From Burkholderiales bacterium (GTDB lineage Bacteria > Pseudomonadota > Gammaproteobacteria > Burkholderiales > Casimicrobiaceae), in contig JADGRP010000260.1 of NCBI GenBank assembly GCA_017880805.1, positions 588-64,587 on the forward strand: DNA of 64,000 nt. The letters are read 5' to 3'. The notes below the pieces were generated by a model. The model was not told the origin of the DNA, did not search any database, and was given only the letters and a program-made list of their open reading frames with translations. This document shows, piece by piece, positions 1-9,687 of this stretch (the first letter of the stretch is position 1; every line of letters starts with the position of its first letter). The position numbers were made by a program, and so were the translations under genes.

Positions 1-1743
1 CACTTCGCCGCAGGTCTTGAGTGCAGTGACGATGCGTAGTTTGTCCTCCGGAACGGCCCGGCAGAAGATGTCGACTTCCCGGACGCGCGCCGCGAGTTCC
101 GCGTCGCTCATTTGCGCCAGCGTGGTCCCGGTGACGTAGCGGTCCGGCGCCGCGAGCCCGATCTCCCGGGCCACGCTCATCGCAGTGGCGGGGTAGTCGC
201 CGGTGATCATCACGACCCGGATGCCCGCAGCACGGGCCACGGCGACTGCGCCCGGCACCGTTTCGCGAACGGGATCGGCGAGCCCGATGAATCCGATGAA
301 CGCGAACGCAAAATCGTGCTGCAGCGATGGCAGCCCGCCTTGCCGGAATGTCGCCTTGGCCACGCCCAGCACCCGCAGTCCCTGTGCGGCCATCGCGGAC
401 GAGGTGTGCTCCAACGCAGCCACCGCCTCAGCCGGCAGATGGCACAGGTCAACGATGGCCTCGGGTGCACCTTTCGCCGCGATCACATAGTTGGCGCGAT
501 CGGGCGATCGCCATACGCGCGAGATTGCGAGCAGTCCAGGCGACAGCGGATATTCGTCGACGAGCATCCAGTCGAGATGAACGTGTTCGGTACCGCCGAG
601 GAGCCGTGCCGTGGTCGACTTGATCGCTTTGTCCATCGGGTCAAACGGATCGCGCTGGCTCGCGAGCATCGCGAATTCAAGGAGCTCGTGGAAATGCTCG
701 GGCAATCCGGAATCGGGCGTCGTCGCAACAGCAAGCTCCCGACCGTCGGCGTGCAGCACGGCAAGCGACATCCGGTTCTGTGTCAGCGTGCCGGTCTTGT
801 CGACGCACAGCACTGTGGCTGACCCTAGCATCTCGAGCGCTGGCACGTGCCTCGTTAGCACGCGATTCTTGGCGATGCGCCAGGCGCCGAGCCCCAGGAA
901 AATCGTGAGAACGACGGGTAGCTCCTCCGGCAGGATTGCCATCGTGAGCGTAATGCCGGCAAGGATCGCATTGAGCCACTCGCCATGCATCAATCCGTAC
1001 GCGACCGCGACCAGCACGCTCAATCCCGCACCACACCACGCGAGCCGCTTTACGATGCGGGCGGTCTCTTGCTGGATGCGCGTGGGCTCGGGCCGAACCG
1101 CCGCGAGCACGCTGCCGATCCTTCCCAACGCCGTCTGCGTGCTAGTCGCGAGCACGCGCCCCATGCCCTTGCCCTGGACAACGAGCGAGCCGGAGAACAC
1201 AAAGGGCGTCTGTTCTCCTCCAGGCGCGGCCATGCGCTCCGCAGGTTCCGTCGCGGCGGTCTTTCCTACTGGCACCGCTTCGCCGGTGAGCAGCGACTCG
1301 TCCACGGCGAGATTCGTCGCGCGGCAAACCAGTGCGTCCGCGGCAACGCGGTCGCCCTCGGAAAGCACGAGGAGATCGCCGACGACGACATCGCGCCCGG
1401 CGATGCGCCTCTGCTCGCCCTCGCGAATCACGAGCGCCCGAGGGCTCGACAGATCGCGCAGCGCCTCCAGCGCGCGTTCGCTCTTGCGCTCCTGGGCGAA
1501 CGTGATGCCGATGATCACGAACACGAACGCGAGCAGCATCGCAGCCTCGCCCTTGTCGCCCAGCATCAGATAAATTGCACCGCAGGCGATCAGCAGCAGG
1601 AACATGGGCTCGCGCACGACATCAGCGGCAATCTCGAATACGCGCCGCGGCTTTGTGGTCGGGAGCTCGTTGTAGCCGTCGCGCGCCAGCCGGGCGCTTG
1701 CTTCCGCCGTGGTAAGTCCAGCGTCGAAGAGTGCGTTCGCCAT
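1..1743 (-). CDS. P-type cation-transporting ATPase, N-terminal 581 codons (C-terminus lies beyond window start)
   Basis: Absent from the ORF track because no stop falls in the window. My minus-strand translation from ATG (complement of 1741-1743) gives MANALFDAGLTTAEASARLARDGYNELP (cation-ATPase N domain). It contains the phosphorylation motif CVDKTGTLT (complement of 781-810), MITGD and KLRIVTALK. An in-frame stop lies upstream at 1891-1893. Confidence 0.85.
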   Translation of the reverse strand, partial: MANALFDAGLTTAEASARLARDGYNELPTTKPRRVFEIAADVVREPMFLLLIACGAIYLMLGDKGEAAMLLAFVFVIIGITFAQERKSERALEALRDLSSPRALVIREGEQRRIAGRDVVVGDLLVLSEGDRVAADALVCRATNLAVDESLLTGEAVPVGKTAATEPAERMAAPGGEQTPFVFSGSLVVQGKGMGRVLATSTQTALGRIGSVLAAVRPEPTRIQQETARIVKRLAWCGAGLSVLVAVAYGLMHGEWLNAILAGITLTMAILPEELPVVLTIFLGLGAWRIAKNRVLTRHVPALEMLGSATVLCVDKTGTLTQNRMSLAVLHADGRELAVATTPDSGLPEHFHELLEFAMLASQRDPFDPMDKAIKSTTARLLGGTEHVHLDWMLVDEYPLSPGLLAISRVWRSPDRANYVIAAKGAPEAIVDLCHLPAEAVAALEHTSSAMAAQGLRVLGVAKATFRQGGLPSLQHDFAFAFIGFIGLADPVRETVPGAVAVARAAGIRVVMITGDYPATAMSVAREIGLAAPDRYVTGTTLAQMSDAELAARVREVDIFCRAVPEDKLRIVTALKTCGEV

Positions 1744-2082
1744 GACCGTAGTCAGCCGCCGAATCTGGTCTCGTGCAGTCCGACGACAGTTGGCGTGGAC
1801 GCGAAACGTGCGCCAGACGAAGGCGCCTCGGCCGCTGCGCGCTCGGCAGTACTTGACGCGATGCCAGACGCGTGGGTACTCATGGTGCAATTATAGCGAC
1901 GAGCTACCAACGCTCATTTGGGCGGTAAGCATTCGTTGAGACTCTCCACCTAGTCTCCTGTCCGTCGACGCCATCGCGGGAGATGGATTGGTACTATGTA
2001 GCCAAAGGACTGCGCGAAGCTTGGACTCGGCTGCGAGAAGTGTCTCGAGAGATGTGAGGGCTCGGGCGACTCGGATCTCCAA

Positions 2083-2892
2083 TCAGTAATGGATTCCGAC
2101 AATGAACTTTAATACCCACCGGTCTGACTCGCTCGTGAGTCCGCGTCCGATACCTGCGTTCAAATCGAATTGACCCAGTTGGGTGTCGATGACGCCGTAA
2201 ACCGTTTGACTGAGCTTGCTGATGTGTCCAAGATCGCGTAGCGGACCCATTTCGTTGTAAGTCTCAATTCCAAGCTGAGGACCGGCATCCGTCTTGTAAG
2301 CAAACTTGGTATCGAGCTCCATCGACACCGGCGTGTTGACTTGCCCGGACAAGCTCCAATCGAAATTGGAATTGACCGCAAAAATCCACCGGTCGGTTCG
2401 ATAACCGTAGATACCCTTGAGCTCCGCATTCCAGGGCGCTTCCGAGACACGAATACTGGTTTTGCCGATCTCGAGGTTCGCGCCCCAGAACGACCCGTGA
2501 TTCTCATCGTGCGGAGCGATGTACTTAACGCGGACCTTTTCTCCTTCGTAGCGGGTGATGAATCCGGGTCTCGTTGTCGTAAGCAAGTAAACGCCTAGCT
2601 CCAGCGTATCGCTCACACCGTAGTAAAACTCCGGAGTGAAGCGGTAAACGTGTCGGGGCGCGATCGCGCCATCGTAATGGGGCGTGCTACTACCGGAAAT
2701 TACGAAGTTGTTGTGTAAATCGGTGCCGAAGCGACCAGGTTGGGTCACGTCGTCCAAATAGACTTGGATTTCCTCAGGAGCGGCGATGCATGCAGCGCTC
2801 ATCAGCGCAAGTCCCAAACCTGTCGCGGACTTGAAAACAACGCGCCTGCTATTATTTGATGCGAGTGGGTTTAGCATACTCTCGCTTTTCAA
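2083..2892 (-). CDS. Outer-membrane beta-barrel protein with signal peptide, family unassigned
   Basis: 269 aa ORF. N-terminal signal-like segment RRVVFKSATGLGLALMSAACIAAPEE, alternating hydrophobic beta-strand pattern, C-terminal aromatic residue (..FIVGIHY). TTG start at 2892, alternative ATG at 2877. GC content is clearly lower than in neighbouring genes. Confidence 0.6.
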   Translation of the reverse strand: MKSESMLNPLASNNSRRVVFKSATGLGLALMSAACIAAPEEIQVYLDDVTQPGRFGTDLHNNFVISGSSTPHYDGAIAPRHVYRFTPEFYYGVSDTLELGVYLLTTTRPGFITRYEGEKVRVKYIAPHDENHGSFWGANLEIGKTSIRVSEAPWNAELKGIYGYRTDRWIFAVNSNFDWSLSGQVNTPVSMELDTKFAYKTDAGPQLGIETYNEMGPLRDLGHISKLSQTVYGVIDTQLGQFDLNAGIGRGLTSESDRWVLKFIVGIHY

Positions 2893-3019
2893 CAGATGCA
2901 GCGCAAATGGATAGAATACTGTACCTTAAACGTGGCACCATCGGCCTGTAAGCAGCCCATAGCTAAAGCGGATGGCCCGCGGCACTCAACAAGACATATC
3001 GGTCATCTCAACGGGATAA

Positions 3020-3478
3020 ATGCACATCATGCGAACAAATGTGATTTTCGCGAGCGCTGTTCTCTTATTGTCGCTGGCCACCTTTTCTTCTGTGACGGTC
3101 GCGGCAACGACGGTAGTCAATGTGCTGCTGGAGGATTCGAGCAGCGATACCGCAATCGGTAACATGCGCATGTCGCTCGATCACGCCACGGTCACTGCCG
3201 GTCGGGTAACGTTTCGAGCGAAAAACCAATCGAAGAACCTGGTCCACGAAGTAATAGTGGTCAGGATCGATCCGAAGAAGCCAGCGCTACCATACGATGA
3301 GAAGAAAGGCGAAGTGATCGAGAAGCAAATTCACCACCTGGGCGAAATTTCGGACTTGAAACCGGGGGCTTCTGGTGCGATCACACTCAGCCTGAAGCCT
3401 GGCTCGTACGTGCTCATATGCAACCAACCGGGACACTACAAAGCAGGAATGGAAGCGAATCTTTTGGTGAGTAGGTAA
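3020..3478 (+). CDS. Periplasmic cupredoxin (type-1 copper) domain protein
   Basis: 152 aa with signal peptide (MRTNVIFASAVLLLSLATFSSVTVAA). Upstream His (LVHEV) plus C-terminal ligand loop ICNQPGHYKAGM (Cys-x4-His-x4-Met), typical of plastocyanin/azurin-like folds. Alternative ATG at 3029. Confidence 0.7.
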   Translation: MHIMRTNVIFASAVLLLSLATFSSVTVAATTVVNVLLEDSSSDTAIGNMRMSLDHATVTAGRVTFRAKNQSKNLVHEVIVVRIDPKKPALPYDEKKGEVIEKQIHHLGEISDLKPGASGAITLSLKPGSYVLICNQPGHYKAGMEANLLVSR

Positions 3479-4115
3479 AAAGCATTGGACTTCGCGGCGT
3501 TGCTGGATTTCGTGCATCGCGATCGAGCGTGATGTCGTATCCTTGTGGTCCGCAAAACTCGATTAGGCGGCCGGGCCACGTGGAGCTGCATCCGGCTAGC
3601 CATGGTATCAAAGTCACGTGGTCGCGCTTGCCAAGACCGCCGCCCTGCTGTTAGCGGACGAATGTGGGTTCGCCCGGCTATGGTTGCGCTCGCGCCGGCC
3701 GTCGAAAGCCGAGAACTTCCGCACCCTTAGCCGGCGTTGTAAAGAACGGGGAGCCTCAAGCGGTGGCGGATTGGGGCGTGTCGCCGACTCGAGTATCGAA
3801 TAAACCGTACGCTGGGCGCGGATAGCGTGGGAATGTTGCGTCCGGACGCTTCTCAGAATACCGGCACCGCTATTTGGGCAAACAGGGTCCTTATCGCCCA
3901 AGCCCGCGATTTCGGGTTACGAAATAAGAGCGGGCCCCGTTATTTTTGACTCTTACTTAGTAGCGTTCCAGCAGGGGCCGACTGGAACTCGGACCGATTT
4001 GAGCTGGAACAAATGAATATTGCGGGCGCAGCGGTAACCTTGGCTGATGCCATGCGGCGCGGGTTCAACCGCTATATCGAGTGCCGCCGATCAACACTTG
4101 CTGAAGGAAACCGGC

Positions 4116-4538
4116 ATGCGAAAAATACTGATCCCCTGCGACGGTTCGGACAATGCATTACGGGCGGTGCGATATGCAGCATCTCTAGCGAAAGAGCTCT
4201 CCGATGTGCAACTGGAATTGCTGAATGTGCAGGATCCTGTGCCACAGAAAGTGCACGCCGCCTTGTCCGAGCAGGAAATCGCGCAGTGGCAAGCCGGCGA
4301 GGCCGACATCATTCTGCAACCGGCCAGGCAGATTCTCGTCGCCGAGAAGGTTCAATTCCAGGTACGCTCCCGCGTCGGCTCACCGGCCAACGAGATTGCG
4401 CGGCATGTCCACGAAACACAGTGCGACGCAATCATCATGGGAACCCGTGGCCAGACTCCGATAGTCAACTTGGTGATCGGTTCGGTCGCCACCAAGGTTA
4501 TCCATCTGGTCGAGGTCCCGGTGACTCTGATCAAATAA
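4116..4538 (+). CDS. Universal stress protein (UspA family)
   Basis: ORF 4047..4538 trimmed to the ATG at 4116, which is preceded by GAAGGAAA. MRKILIPCDGSDNALRAV..., C-terminal IIMGTRGQTPIVNLVIGSVATKVIHLVEVPVTLIK (G-x2-G-x9-G(S/T) ATP-binding type motif). Confidence 0.85.
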   Translation: MRKILIPCDGSDNALRAVRYAASLAKELSDVQLELLNVQDPVPQKVHAALSEQEIAQWQAGEADIILQPARQILVAEKVQFQVRSRVGSPANEIARHVHETQCDAIIMGTRGQTPIVNLVIGSVATKVIHLVEVPVTLIK

Positions 4539-4637
4539 GCGCGGCGCGCACGACCACAGTTGCGCGACATGCTAACCGTCCAGATGGCCCGCCGTGCTGC
4601 GTCACCTGGCCAATCAAAAACAAGCGGGACTCTCATC

Positions 4638-4805
4638 ATGACGGCTGAATTAGAGCTCAGTACCAACCAGATCACGCACTTCCACTCGGCATCCAAAAAA
4701 CACGGTTGAGATGATTCGGTTGTTGGACTTGCTCGTCGAGCAGTGCGCCGGACATCGAACACTTTACTTCTCATGGGATGCTTCGTCCTGGCATACATCA
4801 CCGCC
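4638..4805 (+). pseudogene. IS630-family-like DDE transposase remnant (C-terminal fragment interrupted by a stop)
   Basis: Translation ..QITHFHSASKKHG*(stop) then MIRLLDLLVEQCAGHRTLYFSWDASSWHTS. This resembles the IS630 segment preceding and including the (I/L)xxDNxxxH catalytic-Asp motif. No intact ORF and no inverted repeats recognised. Confidence 0.35.
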
Positions 4806-4869
4806 GCGACCAGCGGCAGCTTCGCCTACGCGATACAGGGTTGGGTGTCTCGAGGGCGCGCCGGGCGCG

Positions 4870-5319
4870 CTACTTGCGATAGTGGGCCTCCTGCACACGT
4901 TCGATAGCCATCGCGCGCACAAAACCCCCCAGTTGCTCACCGACGATGCCGAGCAGGTCATCAAACGTGACGATGCCGGCGAGCTCGCCCGTCGCCGCGA
5001 CGACCGGAACCCGACGAATTCCGCGTCGACGCATGACCTCCATCGCGTCCAGTATCGACGCCTCCTCGCGAATCGTGATCGGATCAGCGGCCATTACCTC
5101 GCCCACCGTCAGCGTGCGCGGATTGAGATCGCTCGCAACGACTGCGACGACGATGTCCCGGTCAGTCAGGACGCCGACTGGCACCCGCCCTCCCTCGCCT
5201 TCGTCGACGACGACAAGGCTTCCGACATGATTCGCACGCATCAGCCTGGCCGCGTCTCCGAGTGGCGTTGCCCGGTAGGCGGATATAACCTCGCGTTTGC
5301 ATACTTGTCCAACATTCAT
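4870..5319 (-). CDS. Stand-alone CBS-pair domain protein (paralog of 8100..8549)
   Basis: ORF 4870..5430 trimmed to the ATG at 5319, preceded by AGGGAGGA. Two CBS repeats (RVPVGVLTDRDIVV ... IRRVPVVAATGELAGIVTFDDLL). Confidence 0.85.
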   Translation of the reverse strand: MNVGQVCKREVISAYRATPLGDAARLMRANHVGSLVVVDEGEGGRVPVGVLTDRDIVVAVVASDLNPRTLTVGEVMAADPITIREEASILDAMEVMRRRGIRRVPVVAATGELAGIVTFDDLLGIVGEQLGGFVRAMAIERVQEAHYRK

Positions 5320-5432
5320 CGATGTCCTCCCTTTCTCTGTCTCCATTAAGAAGCGCGCACCGCATCCGGGCGAGCAGTCCGGTCGAGCCGGGGCGCGAGC
5401 CGGACCCGGCGATGCGATGGCCACCTTCAAGG

Positions 5433-7886
5433 TCAGTGCTTATGGGTCCCCGGAAGCGCTTCTGCCGAACCGCGCGGCCTGCGTCCTAGCGCTTGCTCGA
5501 TCTCACGCACGGCCTGGATCGTACGCAGCACCGTGTCGGGCGTCAGGCTGATACTGTCAATGCCCAATTCGACCAGGTATCGAGCAATCTCCACATGGTC
5601 CGATGGCGCCTGGCCACAAATGCCCGAGTGACGCCCATTGCGCTTTGCCCCCTCCACCGCGAGCTTGAGCATCTTCAGCATGCCAGGGTCACGCTCGTCA
5701 AAGGATTCGGCGACGATGGAACTGTCACGGTCCACGCCGAGTGTCAGCTGTGTCAGGTCGTTGGAGCCGATGGAAAACCCGTCGAATAGCTGCGCGAACT
5801 CGTCGATCAGCAGCACGTTGTTCGGAATCTCGCACATCACGTAAATCTGAAGACCGTTCTCGCCGCGCTTGAGGCCATGCCCGGCCATCGCGTCGAGTAC
5901 GCGGCGGGCCTCGTCGAGCCTGCGGCAAAACGGCACCATGATCTTCAGGTTGGTGAGCCCCATCGTTTCGCGCACACGCTTGAGCGCGCGGCATTCGAGT
6001 GCAAATCCTTCGGCATAGGCCGGATGGATGTAGCGTGCCGCCCCGCGAAAGCCCAGCATCGGGTTTTCTTCGTGCGGCTCAAAGGCGCGTCCGCCCATCA
6101 GCGTCGCGTACTCATTGCTCTTGAAATCCGACAATCGAATGATCACCGGCCGCGGGTAGAATGCGGCTGCGATGGTGCCAACGCCCTCGGCCAGCTTTTC
6201 CACGAAGTAGCTCGCACCATCCGCGTAGCCCGACCACATTGCCTCCACGCGCTGGCGTTCGCTCGCGTCAGCGATGCGCTCGGGGTGCAGCACGGCCATC
6301 GGGTGCACCTTGATGTGCTCGTTGATAATGAACTCCATGCGCGCAAGGCCCACACCGTCGCAAGGCAGCAGGCTGGTCTGGAATGCGAGCTCCGGGTTGC
6401 CCAGATTTACCATGATCTCGGTGGCCGGCATTTTCATGCCTGCGACATCGGTCACCTGCTTGTGAAACGCCACCGCTCCGGCGTAGACCTTGCCGACCGC
6501 TCCTTCTGCGCACGACACGGTCACCGTGTCGCCATTGCGCAGGACCTCGGTCGCGTGTTCGGCCCCCACGACCGCCGGAATGCCCAGCTCACGCGCCACG
6601 ATCGCGGCGTGGCAGGTGCGCCCGCCACGGTTAGTCACGATCGCCGCGGCGGTCTTCATCACCGGCTCCCAGTCCGGGCTCGTCGTGTCAGCCACCAGCA
6701 CCTCGCCGGGCTTGAACTCCGCGAGATGGCGCGCGTCGGTGACGAGCCGCACGGATCCGCTGGCGACCCGCGCGCCCACCGCCCGACCCTTCGCCTTCAC
6801 GAGCCCGACGCCGTCGAGCACGAACTCCTCCAACAGTGTGCCAGAGCGGCGCGACGCCACCGTTTCAGGCCGCGCCTGCACGATATAGATCTTTCCGTCA
6901 GGGCCGTCCTTAGCCCACTCGATGTCCATTGGCCGCAATACCCCGGCCTGGCGGCTGTAGTAGTCCTCGATCTTGATCGCGGCATCGGCAAGTTCGAGCA
7001 CATCGGCGTCGGCCAGGCAGAAGCGCGCCCGGTCGGCCTTGGGTGTCGGACGGTTGACTACCGGCTCGCGCGTGCGGCCCGGCGCATAGACCATGCGAAT
7101 CTGCTTGTCGCCGAGGGTCTTGCGCAGGACGCTGCGAAACCCCTTTCGAAAGGTCGGCTTGTGGACGTAGAACTCGTCGGGGTCCACGGCCCCTTGCACC
7201 ACGTTCTCGCCCAGCCCCCACGCCGCCGTGATGAACACCACATCGGGGTGCCCGGATTCGGTATCGATGGTGAAGATCACACCGCTGGACGCCAAGTCGC
7301 TGCGCACCATTTGCATCACCGCTACCGACAGCGACACCTTGAAGTGGTCGAATCCCTGATCGGTTCGATACGAGATTGCGCGGTCGGTAAACAGCGAGGC
7401 CTGGCAGCGCTTGACGGCATCGAGCAGCATCTGCTCGCCGCGAATATTGAGGTAGGTGTCGTGCTGGCCGGCGAAGCTGGCGGTGGGCAGGTCTTCCGCG
7501 GTCGCCGAACTGCGCACCGCAACGCTCAAGTCTTCACCTAACTGTTCCTTGAGCTCGCGCCATGCCTGACGGATTCCCGTCTCGACCGCCTTGGGCATGG
7601 GCGCCGCATAGACCGCTTCGCGCGCTCGTGCGCCGACGCGGGCCAATGCATCGGTGTCGCGCTTGTCGAGTCCGTCGAGGAGACGGTGCAACTCGCCCCA
7701 CACGCCGGCTTGATCCAGCGCCTCGCGATAAGCCGGCGCGGTAACTGCAAAGCCATCGGGAATCCGCACTCCCAAGGGCGCGAGCTGCTGGAACATCTCA
7801 CCCAGCGAAGCGTTCTTGCCGCCCACGAGCGGAAGGTCTGACATCGACAAGTCGCGGAACCAGCGAATGTAGTTCGGCGCAGTCAT
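5433..7886 (-). CDS. ppsA: Phosphoenolpyruvate synthase (pyruvate, water dikinase)
   Basis: ORF 5433..8066 trimmed to the ATG at 7886, preceded by GAAGGAG; 817 aa. MTAPNYIRWFRDLSMSDLPLVGGKNASLGEM (ATP-grasp N domain), phosphohistidine swivel GGRTCHAAIVARELGIPAVVG, C-terminal PEP-utilising TIM-barrel motifs (GFRG, SIGSNDLTQ). Confidence 0.92.
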   Translation of the reverse strand: MTAPNYIRWFRDLSMSDLPLVGGKNASLGEMFQQLAPLGVRIPDGFAVTAPAYREALDQAGVWGELHRLLDGLDKRDTDALARVGARAREAVYAAPMPKAVETGIRQAWRELKEQLGEDLSVAVRSSATAEDLPTASFAGQHDTYLNIRGEQMLLDAVKRCQASLFTDRAISYRTDQGFDHFKVSLSVAVMQMVRSDLASSGVIFTIDTESGHPDVVFITAAWGLGENVVQGAVDPDEFYVHKPTFRKGFRSVLRKTLGDKQIRMVYAPGRTREPVVNRPTPKADRARFCLADADVLELADAAIKIEDYYSRQAGVLRPMDIEWAKDGPDGKIYIVQARPETVASRRSGTLLEEFVLDGVGLVKAKGRAVGARVASGSVRLVTDARHLAEFKPGEVLVADTTSPDWEPVMKTAAAIVTNRGGRTCHAAIVARELGIPAVVGAEHATEVLRNGDTVTVSCAEGAVGKVYAGAVAFHKQVTDVAGMKMPATEIMVNLGNPELAFQTSLLPCDGVGLARMEFIINEHIKVHPMAVLHPERIADASERQRVEAMWSGYADGASYFVEKLAEGVGTIAAAFYPRPVIIRLSDFKSNEYATLMGGRAFEPHEENPMLGFRGAARYIHPAYAEGFALECRALKRVRETMGLTNLKIMVPFCRRLDEARRVLDAMAGHGLKRGENGLQIYVMCEIPNNVLLIDEFAQLFDGFSIGSNDLTQLTLGVDRDSSIVAESFDERDPGMLKMLKLAVEGAKRNGRHSGICGQAPSDHVEIARYLVELGIDSISLTPDTVLRTIQAVREIEQALGRRPRGSAEALPGTHKH

Positions 7887-8025
7887 CAACGCGCTCCTTC
7901 GGCCTCGGTGCGAGGCCGCCCTGCGCCACCCCGTGCCGGTACGGTTCGAACATTCACCATGTTGGTCGCTCCTTCGCACAAATGCATCCACGGCCTTATG
8001 CTGCGCCCGACGTCCCGGCCGGGTG

Positions 8026-8039
8026 TTGACGAAAGTCAA
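8026..8039. promoter_or_regulatory. Fnr/Crp-family-like palindrome TTGAC-GAAA-GTCAA upstream of ppsA
   Basis: Symmetric 8/10 match to TTGAT-N4-ATCAA in the 213-bp gap between the CBS stop (8100) and the ppsA start (7886). A CATAAG -10-like hexamer lies on the minus strand 25 bp downstream (complement of 7995-8000). Confidence 0.45.
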
Positions 8040-8099
8040 TGCGGCCCGACGCCGCGCTGCCACCATTGCCGCACATCGCTGCGGTACTCCGGCAAGCCG

Positions 8100-8549
8100 C
8101 TAGCGCTTTGCGCGGTGCTCGCGCCTCTGCTCTTTTGACACGATGTCGGCCAGTGCGGCGGCCTGCGCAGCGTGCAGTGTGAGCATGTCGTCCAAAGTAA
8201 CGATCCCCATCAAGCGGCCAGCGTGATCGACCACCGGCAAACGCCGAACGCCATGCAGTCGCATGCGTTCGACGGCATCCGAGGAGTCCTCTTCGGCACC
8301 TGCGATCACGAGCTTACTGCTCATGATCTCTGCCACCTTCGTTTCGGCGAGGTCGAGTCCGTTGGCCAGCACTTCCACGACAATGTCCCGGTCAGTGACG
8401 ATGCCCACCGGAACCCGGTCCCCATCCGGATCGTCGACGACAATCAGGTCGCCGGTGTGGTGTTGCCGCATCAATCGGGCGGCCTCGAGAATGCCCGCAT
8501 CCCTACCGCAGGATGCCACGTCCAATACGCAGATTTCATTGACTAGCAT
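8100..8549 (-). CDS. Stand-alone CBS-pair domain protein
   Basis: 149 aa. RVPVGIVTDRDIVVEVLA ... VRRLPVVDHAGRLMGIVTLDDML. Clearly paralogous to 4870..5319. Confidence 0.85.
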   Translation of the reverse strand: MLVNEICVLDVASCGRDAGILEAARLMRQHHTGDLIVVDDPDGDRVPVGIVTDRDIVVEVLANGLDLAETKVAEIMSSKLVIAGAEEDSSDAVERMRLHGVRRLPVVDHAGRLMGIVTLDDMLTLHAAQAAALADIVSKEQRREHRAKR

Positions 8550-8618
8550 TTTTTACCTCCGTTGCGTTGTCATTGCTGCTTCCGTTGGGCGCGTCGATCT
8601 CGAGTTGTCGTTCTGGGC

Positions 8619-9590
8619 TCACTGGGCGAGGATGCGCGCGAGTTCGAGCAAGCTCATGTCCAGTGGCTTTGTGCGACCGACGACGTCGCCGAGCGGCGTG
8701 CCGACGACCTTGCCATCGATGACGCCCAGCAGCACACCGTCGCGGCCCGCGTCGAGATGTTCGATGGCGGCTGCCCCGAGCCGGGTGGCGAGCATCCGGT
8801 CCGCGACACCCGGAGCGCCGCCACGTTGCACGTGCCCGAGCTTGCAAACCCGCAGCTCGAAGCCGAGACGCGCCTCATGTTCTTTGAAGTATTGCGCCAG
8901 TGCCGCGGCGTCGTACTTCGCGCCTTCGGCTACCACCACGATCGCGTGGCTCTTGCCGCGTGCGTAGGCGTCTCGCATCTCCATTGCGATGGCTTCGGGG
9001 TCTGATGAAGCCTCTGGGATGACGATGGCTTCGGCGCCCCCGGCGATGCCGGCGATAGTAGCCAGGTAGCCGCAGTCGCGGCCCATGACTTCAACCAGGA
9101 AGCCGCGCAGATGCGACGACGCGGTCACGCGTAGCCGGTCAATGGATTCGAGCGCGACGTCGATCGCGGTGGCCGCACCGATCGTGATGTCCGATCCCAC
9201 GAGGTCGTTGTCGATCGTCGAGGCCACGCCGACGAGCGACAACCCCTTTCGCGACAGCGAATATGCACCAGCTTGCGAGCCGTTGCCGCCGATGACGACC
9301 AGCTGCGAGAGGTTGTGGCTTTGCATCTGACGCAGGGCCTCGTCCCGTCCAGCGTCCGACTTGAGGTCGGCGCAACGAGTCGTGCCCAGGATCGTGCCGC
9401 CACGCTGCATGATGCCGCCGACATCCCTGAGCCCGAGCGGCACGAACTCGCCGGCAATCAGGCCCGTGTACCCGTGACGCGCGCCGAACACTTCGAAACC
9501 GCGCGCGACTCCCATGCGCACGACCGCGCGGATTGCCGCGTTCATTCCCGGAGCATCGCCACCGCTGGTCAGGACAGCCAAACGCTTCAT
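8619..9590 (-). CDS. pfkA: ATP-dependent 6-phosphofructokinase
   Basis: 323 aa. MKRLAVLTSGGDAPGMNAAIRAVVR (PFK N-terminal signature), GGNGS, TIDNDL, and the MGR motif in VEVMGRDCGYLA. Confidence 0.9.
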   Translation of the reverse strand: MKRLAVLTSGGDAPGMNAAIRAVVRMGVARGFEVFGARHGYTGLIAGEFVPLGLRDVGGIMQRGGTILGTTRCADLKSDAGRDEALRQMQSHNLSQLVVIGGNGSQAGAYSLSRKGLSLVGVASTIDNDLVGSDITIGAATAIDVALESIDRLRVTASSHLRGFLVEVMGRDCGYLATIAGIAGGAEAIVIPEASSDPEAIAMEMRDAYARGKSHAIVVVAEGAKYDAAALAQYFKEHEARLGFELRVCKLGHVQRGGAPGVADRMLATRLGAAAIEHLDAGRDGVLLGVIDGKVVGTPLGDVVGRTKPLDMSLLELARILAQ

Positions 9591-9687
9591 CGTCGAAGCT
9601 TCCTCGTCGCCGGTTTACTGGAGTGCGATCGCAGAAAATGCCGCTGATTGCACATACCGATGCTGAGCCCTGCCGACCCACATCGCG

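Noticed and set aside
3479-4046. Possible decayed regulator or transposase gene (for example ...LLLADECGFARL..., faintly AraC-HTH-like) in the gene-free, lower-GC stretch
   Set aside because: I could not follow any family motif across more than a few residues in any frame. It is reported only as an unexplained non-coding stretch within the low-GC patch.
5877-7541. 554-aa plus-strand ORF, together with similar long ORFs at 10150..11631, 14877..16157, 31568..32737, 39442..41142, 49744..50934 and 62517..63983
   Set aside because: Each lies antisense to, or out of frame with, a gene that has clear family motifs (ppsA, korB, oah, the binding protein, paaK/padD, GNAT/Rrf2, korA2). Their translations are Arg/Gly/Pro/Ala-rich low-information sequence, typical of spurious open frames in high-GC DNA.
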